Shown here in pieces: positions 24,638 through 37,287 of a DNA stretch of 64,000 nt. A program made the position numbers and the translations under genes. This stretch comes from Macrostomum lignano. Its lineage: Eukaryota. The stretch spans positions 248,001-312,000 of the forward strand of contig NIVC01000162.1 of assembly GCA_002269645.1 (NCBI GenBank), given 5' to 3'. Below the pieces are notes generated by a model, which saw only the letters and a program-made list of their open reading frames with translations, had not been told where the DNA came from and did no database searches. Each line of letters opens with the position of its first letter. Position 1 is the first letter of the stretch.

Positions 24638-27600
24638 ATGTTTTGTCGGAAAAGCATTCTTATAATTTTATTTATCTCTTTTTCGCTAAGTAAGTATGCT
24701 GAGTATTTTGTGGTTTTGAAAGTACAATTGTATTCAAATTTCACGATTATCTATTGTGAGAAAATTTGTGAAGAAATGAATAATAAATGACAAACATGAA
24801 ACAACATCATTAAGGTAATTGTAATATGCATTAAACATAAATTTTAACTGTTCTTGATAATTTAAAACTTTTTTTCAGTTTGGACATCTGAAGTTAAAGA
24901 AGATCACTTATTACTATTGGATGAGGCAACATTCGAAAGCGCTCTACAGAATAAAGATGTCATGCTTGTTTTATTTCAGTCTAACCAGTGAGTTCCAATA
25001 TTTTTTGTAATGTATGAGTATTTAGTCATACTATATCCTATAATTTTCTTTCTAGTTTGGAAACAAAAATAAAACTGCTAGCTACAGTAATCTAGATGAG
25101 AAAAAATTATAATTATTCCTTTCTATAGCCTTTTTAACAGCCTTTTCATGAAAAAATACAATGCATATATCTTAAAAACTCTTGGAAGTGAGGTTTACAA
25201 TAAAAAAATCGGCCTTATATTCTGAATTTTATGTCTATATTACTCCTTTCTAATGCACGTTTGGAGAAAAATAAAATAAAACACTGCCTCATAAGGATTT
25301 GGCCATGGTACTTCTACCATTAACTGAAATCAATGTTACAATAAAAACTCTTTGTTTAATTAAAATTTTTAACAAATTTGCTATTGTAATGTGAAATTAA
25401 GTTTTAATCTCTCTCTCTCTCTCTTTCTGCATAATTGAATTATTAGTTCATTTCAACATGATACTGAGCAGGATAAGCATTTCAATACCCTTCAATCGCA
25501 GGTGCCAAAGCTGCTCCGAGCTGCAGGCAAAGATGTCCGCCGCGGCTGCCTTGCTGTTTGACTCCACCGGCTCAGAGGCTCCGCCGCCTCGAGCGGGCCT
25601 GGCCCGAGTCAACTCCACCGCCTCGCCTTCGTTGGCGGCCCAATACGGCATTGACCCCAACTTGGCCACCCCGGTGCTGAAGCTGTTCAAGCTTGCGAGC
25701 TCTTCCGCGGCGGCCTCGGACTACACTGGCCCAACTGACACCGCCGAGGCCATCGCTGAGCACATTCGTCTACAAGCTGAGGCAGACAGTGGGCCGCAGC
25801 GCCTCACGGAGGCCAACCTGACGGATGCGCTGTCGCGCCAAGCCAACTGGCTGGTGGCCTTTGTTGACGCCGCCTCGTCATCCAGGCTTGACTTCGCTCT
25901 GGAAGGTTTGAAGTCTGCGGCTGACCAGCTGCGGCGCGGCAAGCACCCGGTGGCATTCGGCTACGCTGACGCTCGCGGCAACGAGGAGGCGCTGGCCAAG
26001 CGGCTGGGGCTGAGCACTGACTCGCTGCCCGTGTTCGCCCTGCTGCAGCGTGACGAGGTGCGCGCGACAATTATTTTACTCTGCTTCAAAATGATTTATG
26101 GCTGATTGTGTATCTGTTAGTGTCTGGCGCTGTATAGCAACCGCATATATACTGCATAATAATGGCTTGGCACTCACATAGCAACCGCACAGCAAAGCCT
26201 TGGCAACCGCACAGCAAAGCCTTGGCAACCGCATACATGTAGCAACCACACAGCAAAGCCTTGGCAACCGCATAGCAACCACACAGCAAAGCCTTGGCAA
26301 CCGCATAGCAACCGCACAGCAAAGCCTTGGCAACCGCACAGCAAAGTCTTGGCAACCGCATAGCAACCGCACAGCAAAGCCTTGGCAACCGCATAGCACC
26401 TTGTTTACTCCTAGCTCCCATGTCTCCCAAATTGTCCTCTGTCCATACTCACTTTTCTATGACCCACCCCGCAGCCAAGCTGGGCCATTCCGTTCTCGCA
26501 CGAGTTGAACGGCGCCAACCTGGCCAAATTTGTCCGGGCCCACGTGGTCGAGTCTATCGCTCAGCTACGCGCCGAAGCGGCCCAAATTCACGACAGCCCG
26601 GAGCCGCTCGACGCCCTCAACGGCGGCGTTGATGCGCACCTGGTGGCCAGCGAGGCCGCCGCCGCCCCCGTCCGGCGCTTTCTGGCCGCCTTCCTGGCCG
26701 AGTCCGGATTCTTTTTTGATCGTAGACTGGACGGAGGCCTGCTGGCGGCACCGGCGGCGAAGAAACTTGGCATGACGCTGGATGCCATCTACGTGAGACT
26801 GTCGCCTCACCTGCTCACCAGCGGCGAGTCTGGCATGGCCCGGTGCGCTGAACTACTGTTTGCTCAGTTCAGATTCAAACTTGCAACCGCATAGCAACAG
26901 AGTAGCAACCGCATAGCAACAGAGTAGCAACCGCATAGCAACAGAGTAGCAACCGCATAGCAACAGAGTAGCAACCGCATAGCAACAGAGTAGCAACCGC
27001 ATAGCAACAGAGTAGCAACCGCATAGCAACAGAGTAGCAACCGCATAGCAACAGAGTAGCAACCGCATAGCAACAGAGTAGCAACCGCATAGCAACAGAG
27101 TAGCAACCGCATAGCAACAGAGTAGCAACCGCATAGCAACAGAGTAGCAACCGCATAGCAACAGAGTAGCAACCGCATAGCAACCGGCTATAAATGCGTA
27201 TTTCCTCGTCCTTGTTATCCTCGTACTTATCATTGCAACTCCGTCAATTCGCATCCGCAGCTACCCTGGCCCGCTGCATTCGAGCCCGTCCCTCAAGACT
27301 TTCTTTGATCGGCGCAGCCTGCCTCGCCTCGGCCTGTTGGCCTGGCACACCAGGCGGGCCTACATGAGCGCGCCTGGCCGGTCGGTGTGCCTGTTCTACA
27401 CAAGCCTGCCTGGCAACTGGTTGGGCGAGTCGGGCAAGCTGGCCAAGAGGACTCACGCCAAACTGGCCGCCATGATCGAGGGTCGGCAGCAGCTGGCGCT
27501 GTTCGCTCTGGCGGGTGAGGAGCAGGTGAGCCGCTTTCCTGTCTGACCGACTTTTTATAACAGCAAACTCACTTCAATGTGTACTTTTGGTAGTTTTCCA

Positions 27601-28616
27601 TCAGCCACCCCTGATTCTCGGTAGTTTTCCGTCACCCACCCCTGATTCTCTCGGTAGTTTTCCATCACCCACCCCTGATTCTCTCGGTAGTTTTCCATCA
27701 CCCACCCCTGATTCTCTCGGTAGTTTTCCATCACCCACCCCTGATTCTCTCGGTAGTTTTCCATCAGCCACCCCTGATTCTCGGTAGTTTTCCGTCACCC
27801 ACCCCTGATTCTCTCGGTAGTTTTCCATCACCCACCCCTGATTCTCTCGGTAGTTTCCCGGCACCACCACCGACTCTCTCAGTAATTTTCTATCACCCAC
27901 CCCTGATTGCTTAGACAGTTCTCAATCACATCACCCTCTCAATAAGCCCAATCCCGCCAACCCCATTCTGAACTCTGCACATCACCCAGCAATCAACCGA
28001 GGTGGCCAACTTCGGCTTCGACGAGAGCTCCTCGGAGGTGAACCTGGGCTGCTACGACGCCGCCAGACGCCGGTTCGCCATGCCCGAGTCGGACGGTCCC
28101 GACCCAGCCGCGGTGCACAAATTCCTAGACTCGTTCGCGGCCGGCACTGCGCTACAGCGGCTTCGCTCAGCCTCGGTGCCTCTCGCCGACAATGTCGAGG
28201 TTGCCACCGCCAACGCGGAGAGGTTAGCGCAGCTGCTGAAGGACGCGGCTCGGGTGCTGCTCATCCAGTGCGACTTCTCCACCCAGCCGTGCGGCCAATC
28301 AATCAAAGAGTTCGCCGCCGCCGCCTCGGAGTTTCTTAGCAACCGCAACAATAAAAACATTCGCTTCGTCCGAGTGGACACCAAGTTCAATGATCTGCCA
28401 GGCGAGCTGTACTACAGATTCGAGGGCGAATCCGCTATAGAACTGACCTCCGAACAGCCGCAGGTGATGCTTCTGCTGCCCTCAGCGGGTCTGCAGTCTT
28501 CTGGCCAAGCAAAGGTGATTCGTTACGAACGGGACGCAGTTGCCAAGGCCTACCTGCTGCAGTTCCTGACCGATAACAGCGAATTTGCGGATCGAGCAGC
28601 TCATCAGGAACTGTAG
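24638..28616 (+). CDS. ER protein disulfide-isomerase family protein, multi-thioredoxin (ERp72/PDIA4-like layout); exons 24638-24689, 24879-24987, 25502-26057, 26475-26842, 27261-27525, 27990-28616
   Basis: Signal peptide MFCRKSILIILFISFSLI; LLLLDEATFESAL..VMLVLFQSNQCQSC; RYPGPL..LPRLG b-domain signature; C-terminal HQEL; splice phases 1, 2, 0, 2, 0 all consistent. Confidence 0.85.
26178..26397. repeat. 22-bp (+11-bp) minisatellite GCAACCGCACAGCAAAGCCTTG in PDI intron 3
   Basis: Tandem copies. Confidence 0.9.
26882..27187. repeat. 22-bp minisatellite GCAACCGCATAGCAACAGAGTA in PDI intron 4
   Basis: About 14 near-identical copies. Confidence 0.95.
27586..27905. repeat. 33-bp minisatellite TAGTTTTCCATCACCCACCCCTGATTCTCTCGG in PDI intron 5
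   Basis: Tandem copies. Confidence 0.9.
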
Positions 28617-28723
28617 ATTCGATAGCATTACGAATTTGATGGCATTACATTGCCACCGGTAAGGGGAACATGCCCAAGGGTCATGGGGGTCACGAGGTCT
28701 TTAAAAGCAAAAAATCTAGTCTG

Positions 28724-28893
28724 GGGCGCTGAATTGGCGCTAAAATCTAGTCTAGCGCTGAAATCTAGCCTTTGGAGCTAAAATCTAGCCTTTGGCGCTG
28801 AAATCTAGCCTTTGGCGCTAAAATCTAGTCTTTGGCGCTAAAATCTAGCCTTTGGCGCTAAAATATAGCCTTTGGCGCTGAATAGGCGCTAAA
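28724..28893. repeat. 20-bp minisatellite TGGCGCTAAAATCTAGCCTT
   Basis: About 7 copies. Confidence 0.85.
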
Positions 28894-29654
28894 ATATATC
28901 GTCCAGCGACTGGCAACTGAGAATTTTGCACCCTCACCCTCTTGCACCCTCATTTATTTAATTGTCCCTTAATGCTTCCTGTCTGTGGGTTTCTGTTTTA
29001 ATCAGGTAATAAGGTTATTTGCCTCCTATTGATGTTGCATTACGAGATTAAGGTACACATTTCTACGAGCGCATTAATTGTTTTTATTTCGCCTTCCGCA
29101 GTTGACTTTTAACAAAATTTTTAATTACACGGAGAGTTAAGACTTTTATTGCTTTTTTTATTCGTTTGATTCTTACAATCTGAACATTTTTTACTAACAA
29201 ATGTTTTTTGCCGTCTACTCTAAGTAGGCCAGACCGTTTGTTTCTCAATTAACTTTAAAACACTCCAATTGGTTGTCATTTATCTTTTATCGACTTTAGC
29301 CCGATGTACTCGTAGCTTTTAGATTTTTAGTGGTAATTTTATTTATATATTGCCTTCAGTTATTTGTATTTTGGTTAAACTGAATCTTATTCATTGCGTC
29401 ACAGGATCTTGCCTCCTCCATTATGTGTCCGGAGCTGCCAAGTATTGATTTTTCATTCTTACGGACTTAAGCAGATCTTATCATTGGTCAAATATACACT
29501 TTGCCTGTGGTTTTGCCTAACATTTTGTTTTTAGTTATTGTTTGTTAATATAGCTGATTCGCTGTATCGGAACTGGTATTTTTAACAAAGTTTCTGTATT
29601 TTACGCGCTTTATATGACTTTTAAGTTTCCTGTCACGACATTTAGGAGAGCGAC

Positions 29655-30180
29655 AGCGAGAGGGGCGCCAGCTACAGAGGGGGCACAGCTACAGAGAGGG
29701 CACAGCTACAGAGGGGGCACAGCTACAGAGGGGCGCCAGCTACAGAGAGGGCGTCAGCTGCAGAGAGGGCGTCAGCTACAGAGAGGGCGTCAGCTACAGA
29801 GAGGGCACCAGCTACAGAGAGGGCACCAGCTACAGAGAGAGCGTCAGCTACAGAGGGGCGCCAGCTACAGAGAGGGCGCCAGCTACAGAGGGGGCACAGC
29901 TACAGAGAGGGCGTCAGCTACAGAGGGGCGCCAGCTACAGAGAGGGCGTCAGCTACAGAGAGGGCGTCAGCTACAGAGAGGGCGTCAGCTACAGAGAGGG
30001 CGCCAGCTACAGAGAGGGCGCCAGCTACAGAGAGAGCGTCAGCTACAGAGGGGCGCCAGCTACAGAGAGGGCGCCAGCTACAGAGAGAGCGTCAGCTACA
30101 GAGGGGCCCCAGCTACAGAGAGGGCGTCAGCTACAGAGAGGGCGCCAGCTACAGAGAGGGCGCCAGCTACAGAGGGGGCC
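29655..30180. repeat. 18-bp minisatellite CAGCTACAGAGAGGGCGY
   Basis: Tandem copies. Confidence 0.92.
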
Positions 30181-30189
30181 TTTTACAGA

Positions 30190-31630
30190 AATCCAGACCA
30201 GAAGCTACAGAAGACAGACCAGAAGCTACAGAAGACAGACCAGAAGCTACAGAAGACAGACCAGAAGCTACAGAAGACAGACCAGAAGCTACAGAAAACA
30301 TGGAGCAGAAGCTACAGAAGACAGACCAGAAGCTACAGAAGTCCAGACCAGAAGCTACAGAAGACAGACCAGAAACTACAGAAGACATGGAGCAGAAGCT
30401 ACAGAAGACAGACCAGAAGCTACAGAAGTCCAGACCAGAAGCTACAGAAGACAGACCAGAAGCTACAGAAGACATGGAGCAGAAGCTACAGAAGACAGAC
30501 CAGAAGCTACAGAAGACAGACCAGAAGCTACAGAAGTCCAGACCAGAAGCTACAGAAGTCCAGACCAGAAGCTACAGAAGACAGACCAGAAGCTACAGAA
30601 GACAGACCAGAAGCTACAGAAAACATGGAGCAGAAGCTACAGAAGACAGACCAGAAGCTACAGAAGACAGACCAGAAGCTACAGAAGACAGACCAGAAGC
30701 TACAGAAGACAGACCAGAAGCTACAGAAGACAGACCAGAAGCTACAGAAAACATGGAGCAGAAGCTACAGAAGACAGACCAGAAGCTACAGAAGACATGG
30801 AGCAGAAGCTACAGAAGACAGACCAGAAGCTACAGAAGACATGGAGCAGAAGCTACAGAAGACAGACCAGAAGCTACAGAAGACATGGAGCAGAAGCTAC
30901 AGAAGACAGACCAGAAGCTACAGAAGACAGACCAGAAGCTACAGAAGACAGACCAGAAGCTACAGAAGACAGACCAGAAGCTACAGAAGACAGACCAGAA
31001 GCTACAGAAGACAGACCAGAAGCTACAGAAGACAGACCAGAAGCTACAGAAGACATGGAGCAGAAGCTACAGAAGACAGACCAGAAGCTACAGAAGACAG
31101 ACCAGAAGCTACAGAAGACAGACCAGAAGCTACAGAAAACATGGAGCAGAAGCTACAGAAGACAGACCAGAAGCTACAGAAGACAGACCAGAAGCTACAG
31201 AAGACATGGAGCAGAAGCTACAGAAGACATGGACCAGAAGCTACAGAAGACATGGAGCAGAAGCTACAGAAGACAGACCAGAAGCTACAGAAGACAGACC
31301 AGAAGCTACAGAAGACAGACCAGAAGCTACAGAAGACAGACCAGAAGCTACAGAAGACAGACCAGAAGCTACAGAAGACATGGACCAGAAGCTACAGAAG
31401 ACAGACCAGAAGCTACAGAAGACATGGAGCAGAAGCTACAGAAGACAGACCAGAAGCTACAGAAGACAGACCAGAAGCTACAGAAGACAGACCAGAAGCT
31501 ACAGAAAACATGGAGCAGAAGCTACAGAAGACAGACCAGAAGCTACAGAAAACATGGAGCAGAAGCTACAGAAGACAGACCAGAAGCTACAGAAAACATG
31601 GAGCAGAAGCTACAGAAGACAGACCAGAAA
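30190..31630. repeat. 21/23-bp minisatellite CAGAAGCTACAGAAGACAGAC with ATGGAG variants
   Basis: Tandem copies; shares AGCTACAGA with the adjacent 18-mer array. Confidence 0.95.
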
Positions 31631-32218
31631 ACATTTGGATTCGCACCGACTGTTGGGGCCTAACATTTCAACCTGAGCCTGCTGAGCCTGCAACATCCTT
31701 CAATAAGATTAAAAAAGTGATTATACAGTAGATAATCACCACTAATCAGAGTTACACAGTAAAGCTGCACAGTACTAGGCAAAACAGAATCTACTTTGAA
31801 AACTTGTTATTAACTGTATTTTTAAATCATCACCAGTAATAAAAAACAATTTCGAGTGCTCATGTATACAGAAAAGCGTGCCCATATAAGACAGGTCAAA
31901 AGTTGCAAATCAGCTTAATATCCTACTCAGTACTCAATAGTGCGCATAAGCAAAGGCAGTACAAAGAATGTGCGTACATGTTACATATTAATGTACAGCT
32001 CAGAAACCTGTTATGATATAACAAAGTCAAAATGTATTCAAATGATTAGTGATTATTGAATAAGAAAGCGATTTGCAATCACAGGTTTCTTTACCTTTAC
32101 AAATTGGGAAGAACAAATTATTATTATTTTAAAGTCTATAAACTGATATCAGTAATAAATAATGGATATACTTATAGTTATTATAGTGATTTATTGAGAG
32201 CTTGTACGTCGTATCAAG

Positions 32219-33705
32219 TTACGCGCTGGCCTCCGCTGCCAATGTCCCGGATTCTGCGGAATCTGCCATTGTCTGATGCTGCAGCCACCGCTGCTCTGTC
32301 TCCGGCTCCTCCAACTCGGCATCCTGCCTCGTCTGCAGATCTGCATCAACTTTCACTTCAGCATCCGCAATCAGTTCCGGCTCTGCTGCTTCTTCCACAT
32401 CCGGACTGACTTCCGGCTCGGCTTTTGATGAAGCATTGGCAGCCTCCTCGCCGAGCTTGCCAGCCTCCGCAGGCTGCATCGCCGAGTCGACTTCGGCATC
32501 GGCTCCGGTAGCCTCGTCGAGCTCCTCCTCATCCGGCATCTCTTCGTCAACCTCGCCGTCTCCTTCTCCATCGCCCTCGCCGTCGATGGTGATGCTGTAC
32601 TCGCCGGTCTCGTATCTGCGCTCGAGAAATTCGAGACACTCCGAGCTAGTCAGCTTAGTCTCGATGTTCCGCTTGGGCTCGTTGCCGGGATGCGTGACCT
32701 CGATGTGGCGGACCAAGTGATCCTTGCGGTAGTAGGACTTCTGACAGCAGCGGCAGGCGAACGGCTTGAAGCCGACGTGTTTCAGCGAGTGACGCTGCAG
32801 GTTGGAGCGCTGGGTGAAGCTGGCGCTGCAGAATGTGCACTTGTAGCTCTTGTGCAGCGAGTAGGTGTGCTTAGACAGGCTGGCCAGAGAGGCGAAGGCT
32901 TCGGGGCACTGATTGCAGGGGAAGCTGCGGTGACCCCGCGGCGGGAGCGGAGGCCAAACAGGGAGCGGGACCGCTGGCCAGACCGCTTGGAGTCGCTCTG
33001 CGTCACATTGCCGCTGCTGACGCCGCTGTTGTTGCTGTTGCTGGTGTTGCTGCTACCGAGGATATCCAGACGAGCATCTGCTGTTGGGCTTTTTAACGAG
33101 TCCGAAACTGCTGACTGCTGCTGCTGTTGCTGCTGCTGCTGCGGTTGCTGCTGCTGCGGCCGAGTCGGCTGAAAGATCGCCGTAGGACTCGGGAAGACGC
33201 TGGCAGCAGTCAGGAAGCCAGTTGGCAGCAGGAAGTGCTGCTGGAAGCTCGGATTATTGACGTAGAAGCCGAGGCAGCCGCTGCCGCCAGTCTCCTTCTT
33301 GACTGTCGCGGCGCTGGGAGGATCGGCGCTGGCAGAGGCTGCCGCCGGGTCGCCGCCGGCGCCGCTGCTAGCCGCCACAAACGAGTCCAAACCGTTGGCA
33401 ACCATCTTCTGCGGCGCCTGCGACTTTCGTTTCGACGATTTCTCGGCCTTGGATGTCGCCACCGCCTCCGCCGGTGCCGCTGCTGCCGCAACCGTTGCAG
33501 TCGCAGCAGCTGACGCCGCAGTAGTCCTCACTGCTGGCATCGGCGCCGCCGCCAGGTCCTCGACAATGTCCAGGAAGACGGCGGATTCGTCCGAGCCGTC
33601 CAGACGAACGCTGACCAGGCAGGTGACCCGGGCGGACCGTTCATAGCCGGGCAGGTGACTCCTAATAGCGTCTAACAGATCCGCGCGGAATTTGGCTCGG
33701 TCCAT
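32219..33705 (-). CDS. 3x C2H2 zinc-finger transcription factor resembling the flatworm ZFP-1 family; single coding exon with apparent -1 frameshift at 32934-32937
   Basis: Fingers read by hand: FPCNQCPEAFASLASLSKHTYSLH, YKCTFCSASFTQRSNLQRHSLKH, FACRCCQKSYYRKDHLVRHIEVTH; polyQ tract; acidic C-terminus; CCAG acceptor directly before the ATG. Family assignment is from recall. Confidence 0.85.
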
Positions 33706-34163
33706 TCTGGTGAAGTATCAGTTTCAGTATTCTTAGTTCTATACGAGGCCGATTTCCCAATACATAGGTAAATAGCTCATATATATGTGGCAATTTGGTA
33801 TTATGGCCCACGAGCCTCCTGGAACTCTCCCACCTACTGCTTTGCCCCCCCCCCAACTCCTCTGAATTCCCCCTTTGTGGAGGGCAACTTGGGAAACCGA
33901 GCTGCAAAATCAGGAATAGAGGGGAAGCGTGCCCCCCCCCTAAACTGCTGCTTCTGCAATATGTAACTCCCCTATCCCCTAGCAGCAGTGCTAGATAAGA
34001 TATCTAATAAGGCATTCTTATGTCGCTTTTTCCCACCTACTCGGGAAACTAAGCCGACATGCGTTGGACAGAGCGGGAGAGAATTAAGGTGCGGAATGAG
34101 GACTCACGATAAAATAAGGCGCAAGATCTCTCTATAAATACAGTACGGGCTACATTATTGGGT

Positions 34164-34254
34164 ATTCGAATTCGCGCCAAAAAACAGTGTTTCTAATGCA
34201 TACATCCCGATGGCAATTGGTGATTCAATTATTGGTTTTGGCGCGAATTCAAAA
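34164..34254. mobile_element. Short inverted-repeat element or MITE remnant
   Basis: GAATTCGCGCCAAAA (34168) / TTTTGGCGCGAATTC (34236-34250) perfect 15-bp inverted repeat. Confidence 0.45.
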
Positions 34255-35471
34255 TGAAAATATTGATATAGGGATGGGATTAGCTGATTTGCTGCAGGAG
34301 ACATACCTATGTTGCCGATTACTTCGACTTAATTCTTTCGTTTATTTCCTACGGGAAGTCACACGCGAGGCAAGACAGTCAGGGGGGGGGGCAATGAAAT
34401 ACAAAAAATACTTCAGTCAGTGAGAGAGCAGGACCCGCCTGCTGCAGCCGCATATTATAAAGTTGTATTGTCGGGGAGACGAGAGGAGGGAGGGAGGGGA
34501 CAGGACTCGGTAAAATAGGGGGGGGGGACACCCGTCCTCTCCCTTTTCTCTCTGCTTGGAATACTTAAAAAAGGGTCTCCTCAAACCCCCTTACTAGAAC
34601 GGTTTGGAGAGAGACGACTGAGGAGAGGGGGAGTGAAGGCGGGGTGATAATGCGGGGTAAGGGGTAAGAGAGGAGAGCGCTGCTCCGACTTTGTGCTAGG
34701 GCGCGCTTTGGGGTTAAGTGGAGGGACAAGGGGTGGGGGTTGGGCTAGGGGGCCGGCTGTATAATTGGGGAGGGGTGGGTTTGGGCCTGAAAAGGAGAGC
34801 GAGAGGCCCTCCCCAAACTTGTGCAGTTGCAGCCAGCCTAAGCGGGGGAGGGCTAAAGCTGAGAAATGATCCTCCTATCTATCTGGTCTGTGCTTCACGC
34901 CCTATGCCCAGTTCTCTCTCCCCTCAGCCAGTTCAGGCACACCACAACTCTCTCTCTCCTCTCCCTCTCTCAGGGTCTCAGCTCGGGAATTTGCTGGCGG
35001 GCTCTCCCTCTGTGTAGGGAAAGCAAGCCAGCGTTTGTTGTAGTTGAAGCAGGAGAGGCAGAAAAGCTTTGCCTGGCGGTTGCGTAGCGTACTGGCCGCA
35101 CTGCGTATTATTGTGCCCCCTTTGCCACATGACCCTTCCCCGACCCCTCACTCCTACTTTCCCATTTGGGCACAGCACAGCGGCAAAAGCTGCTGCTATG
35201 CTATTACTAAGGCTGGCTAGCTTGATATCAGTGTACACTAGCGACTATGGATAATGGAGTGTGGAAGTGGAATGAATGTGGAGTCCTGGATCGTTGCGTG
35301 AGGATTGTAGTCGTAGGTTAGCTGGGGATGCATTAATTTTTTCTGAATTTCCCTCCAATAACTACTTTATTGATCCACACCTAACCACCAGGCAAGGTGA
35401 ACTCACATCGGCACATTGTTCACGTGCACGTCCACGAAGACCACGTGGTCTTCGTCCACGAAGTCCACGAA

Positions 35472-36120
35472 GACTTTCAACTCCTAAGACCCAACTCCCA
35501 AAACTTTCAACTTCTAAGACCCAACTCCCAAGACTTCCAACTCCTAAGACCCAACTCCCAAAACTTTCAACTTCTAAGACCCAACTCCCAAGACTTCCAA
35601 CTCCTAAGACCCAACTCCCAAGACTTTCAACTCCTAAGACCCAACTCCCAAGACTTTCAACTTCTAAGACCTAACTCCCAAGACTTTCAACTCCTAAGAC
35701 CCAACTCCCAAGACTTTCAACTTCTAAGACCCAACTCCCAAGACTTTCAACTCATAAGACCCAACTCCCAAGACTTTCAACTTCTAAGACCCAACTTCCA
35801 AGACTTTCAACTCTTAAGACCCAACTCCCAAGACTTTCAACTCCTAAGACCTAACTCCCAAGACTTTCAACTCCTAAGACCCAACTCCCAAGACTTTCAA
35901 CTTCTAAGACCCAACTCCCAAGACTTTCAACTCTTAAGACCCAACTCCCAAGACTTTCAACTCCTAAGACCCAACTCCCAAGACTTTCAACTCTTAAGAC
36001 CCAACTCCCAAGACTTTCAACTCCTAAGACCCAACTCCCAAGACTTTCAACTCATAAGACCCAACTCCCAAGACTTTCAACTCATAAGACCCAACTCCCG
36101 AGACTTCCAACTCCTAAAAC
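35472..36120. repeat. 30-bp minisatellite CCAACTCCCAAGACTTTCAACTCCTAAGAC (dimer of 15-mers), decaying to CCCAAGATT repeats to ~36240
   Basis: Tandem copies. Confidence 0.93.
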
Positions 36121-37287
36121 TCACAACTCCCAATATTCCCAAATCCCAAGATTCCCAAATCCCAAAATTCCCAAATCCCAAGATTCCCAACTCCCAAGAT
36201 TCCCAATCCCCAAGATTCTCAAATCCCAGGATTCCCTGCTCTTAATACGGGAGAGGATGGGGGCTTCATCAAGGACTTCTGAATTGTATAGTAGACTAGC
36301 TCATCTTGTACTTCTAATCGTCCTTGGGCTTCACTTGGCCCACCGTCTGCATTCCGGAATTTGCCGAAGAAATCTTGAAGACAGATCAATGACAGTACGA
36401 GCTACACTCGCTGTTTTTCATTTTCTCATTCGAATTCTCTCCGCACCCCTCTCCGATATACAAAAGGGAACTCGCACAGATTGCCTGGCCTCACCTGTTA
36501 CGAAGAGGAGAGAGGGAGAGGGAGAGGGAGGGAGAGGGGAGAGAGAGGAGGGGGCAAGGTCCGCTCGGTACAGGACGGGGTTCGCGCTAAATTATAAAAC
36601 TTAATGCCCCCCCAGCTGTGCAGGCAGCTTTTTATCTTTCCTGCAGCGAGAGGAGGACTTGCCGCTTTTTCCATTTCAGCCCCTCCCCCTCGTCTTCTGC
36701 TGCGTAACTCTCTGCTGGGCCTGAGCACTCGATGACTGGAGCTTAACTGAATGCGGACCGAGGTTGCGGAGAGAAAGGGGAGAGAGAGACAAGTAGGGAC
36801 AGCAGGGAGTGAGGTGGGCTGCGGCCGGTGGCTTCCCTCAGGTTGGGTTGAGCAGCCTGAAAACAATACAGCCAAAAGCTTTTTATAGGCACAATAATGG
36901 GGCGAGTGCAGAGCAGGAAAAGCAGCACTGCACTGCAGTCAGCTCATGCAGCAGCAGCAGCAGCGGCAACACACCATGTGTGTGTGGTGTGTGTGTGTGT
37001 GCAATTTTGAATTGAACGAATTGCATTCTATACTAAACTAAACTGCATACCGCCCCTTCGGAATAGAAGGAGAGGGAGAGTCTGAGGGGGGGGGGGTGTA
37101 ACAACTTGTGCTAAAGCTACATAACAAAACTTGGACACATCTTTCTAACAATAAAGCACAATTTGCTATCCTTCGTAAAAGCTATCCCAGTCGTCTGTAA
37201 GTGCCATTAAGACAGCGCTTGGCCTCTGCAATCGCTTCTGCACATTGCAAGGAGCATTTATGGTCTCTGAGCAATAGTGTCATGTCT

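Noticed and set aside
29614-31731. 705-aa and overlapping ORFs
   Set aside because: Translate two tandem arrays; several frames are open; no domain or splice support
12270-32942. Programmed ribosomal frameshifting in three genes
   Set aside because: No slippery heptamer; each break is fixed by one base in a short G/C run, typical of long-read consensus error
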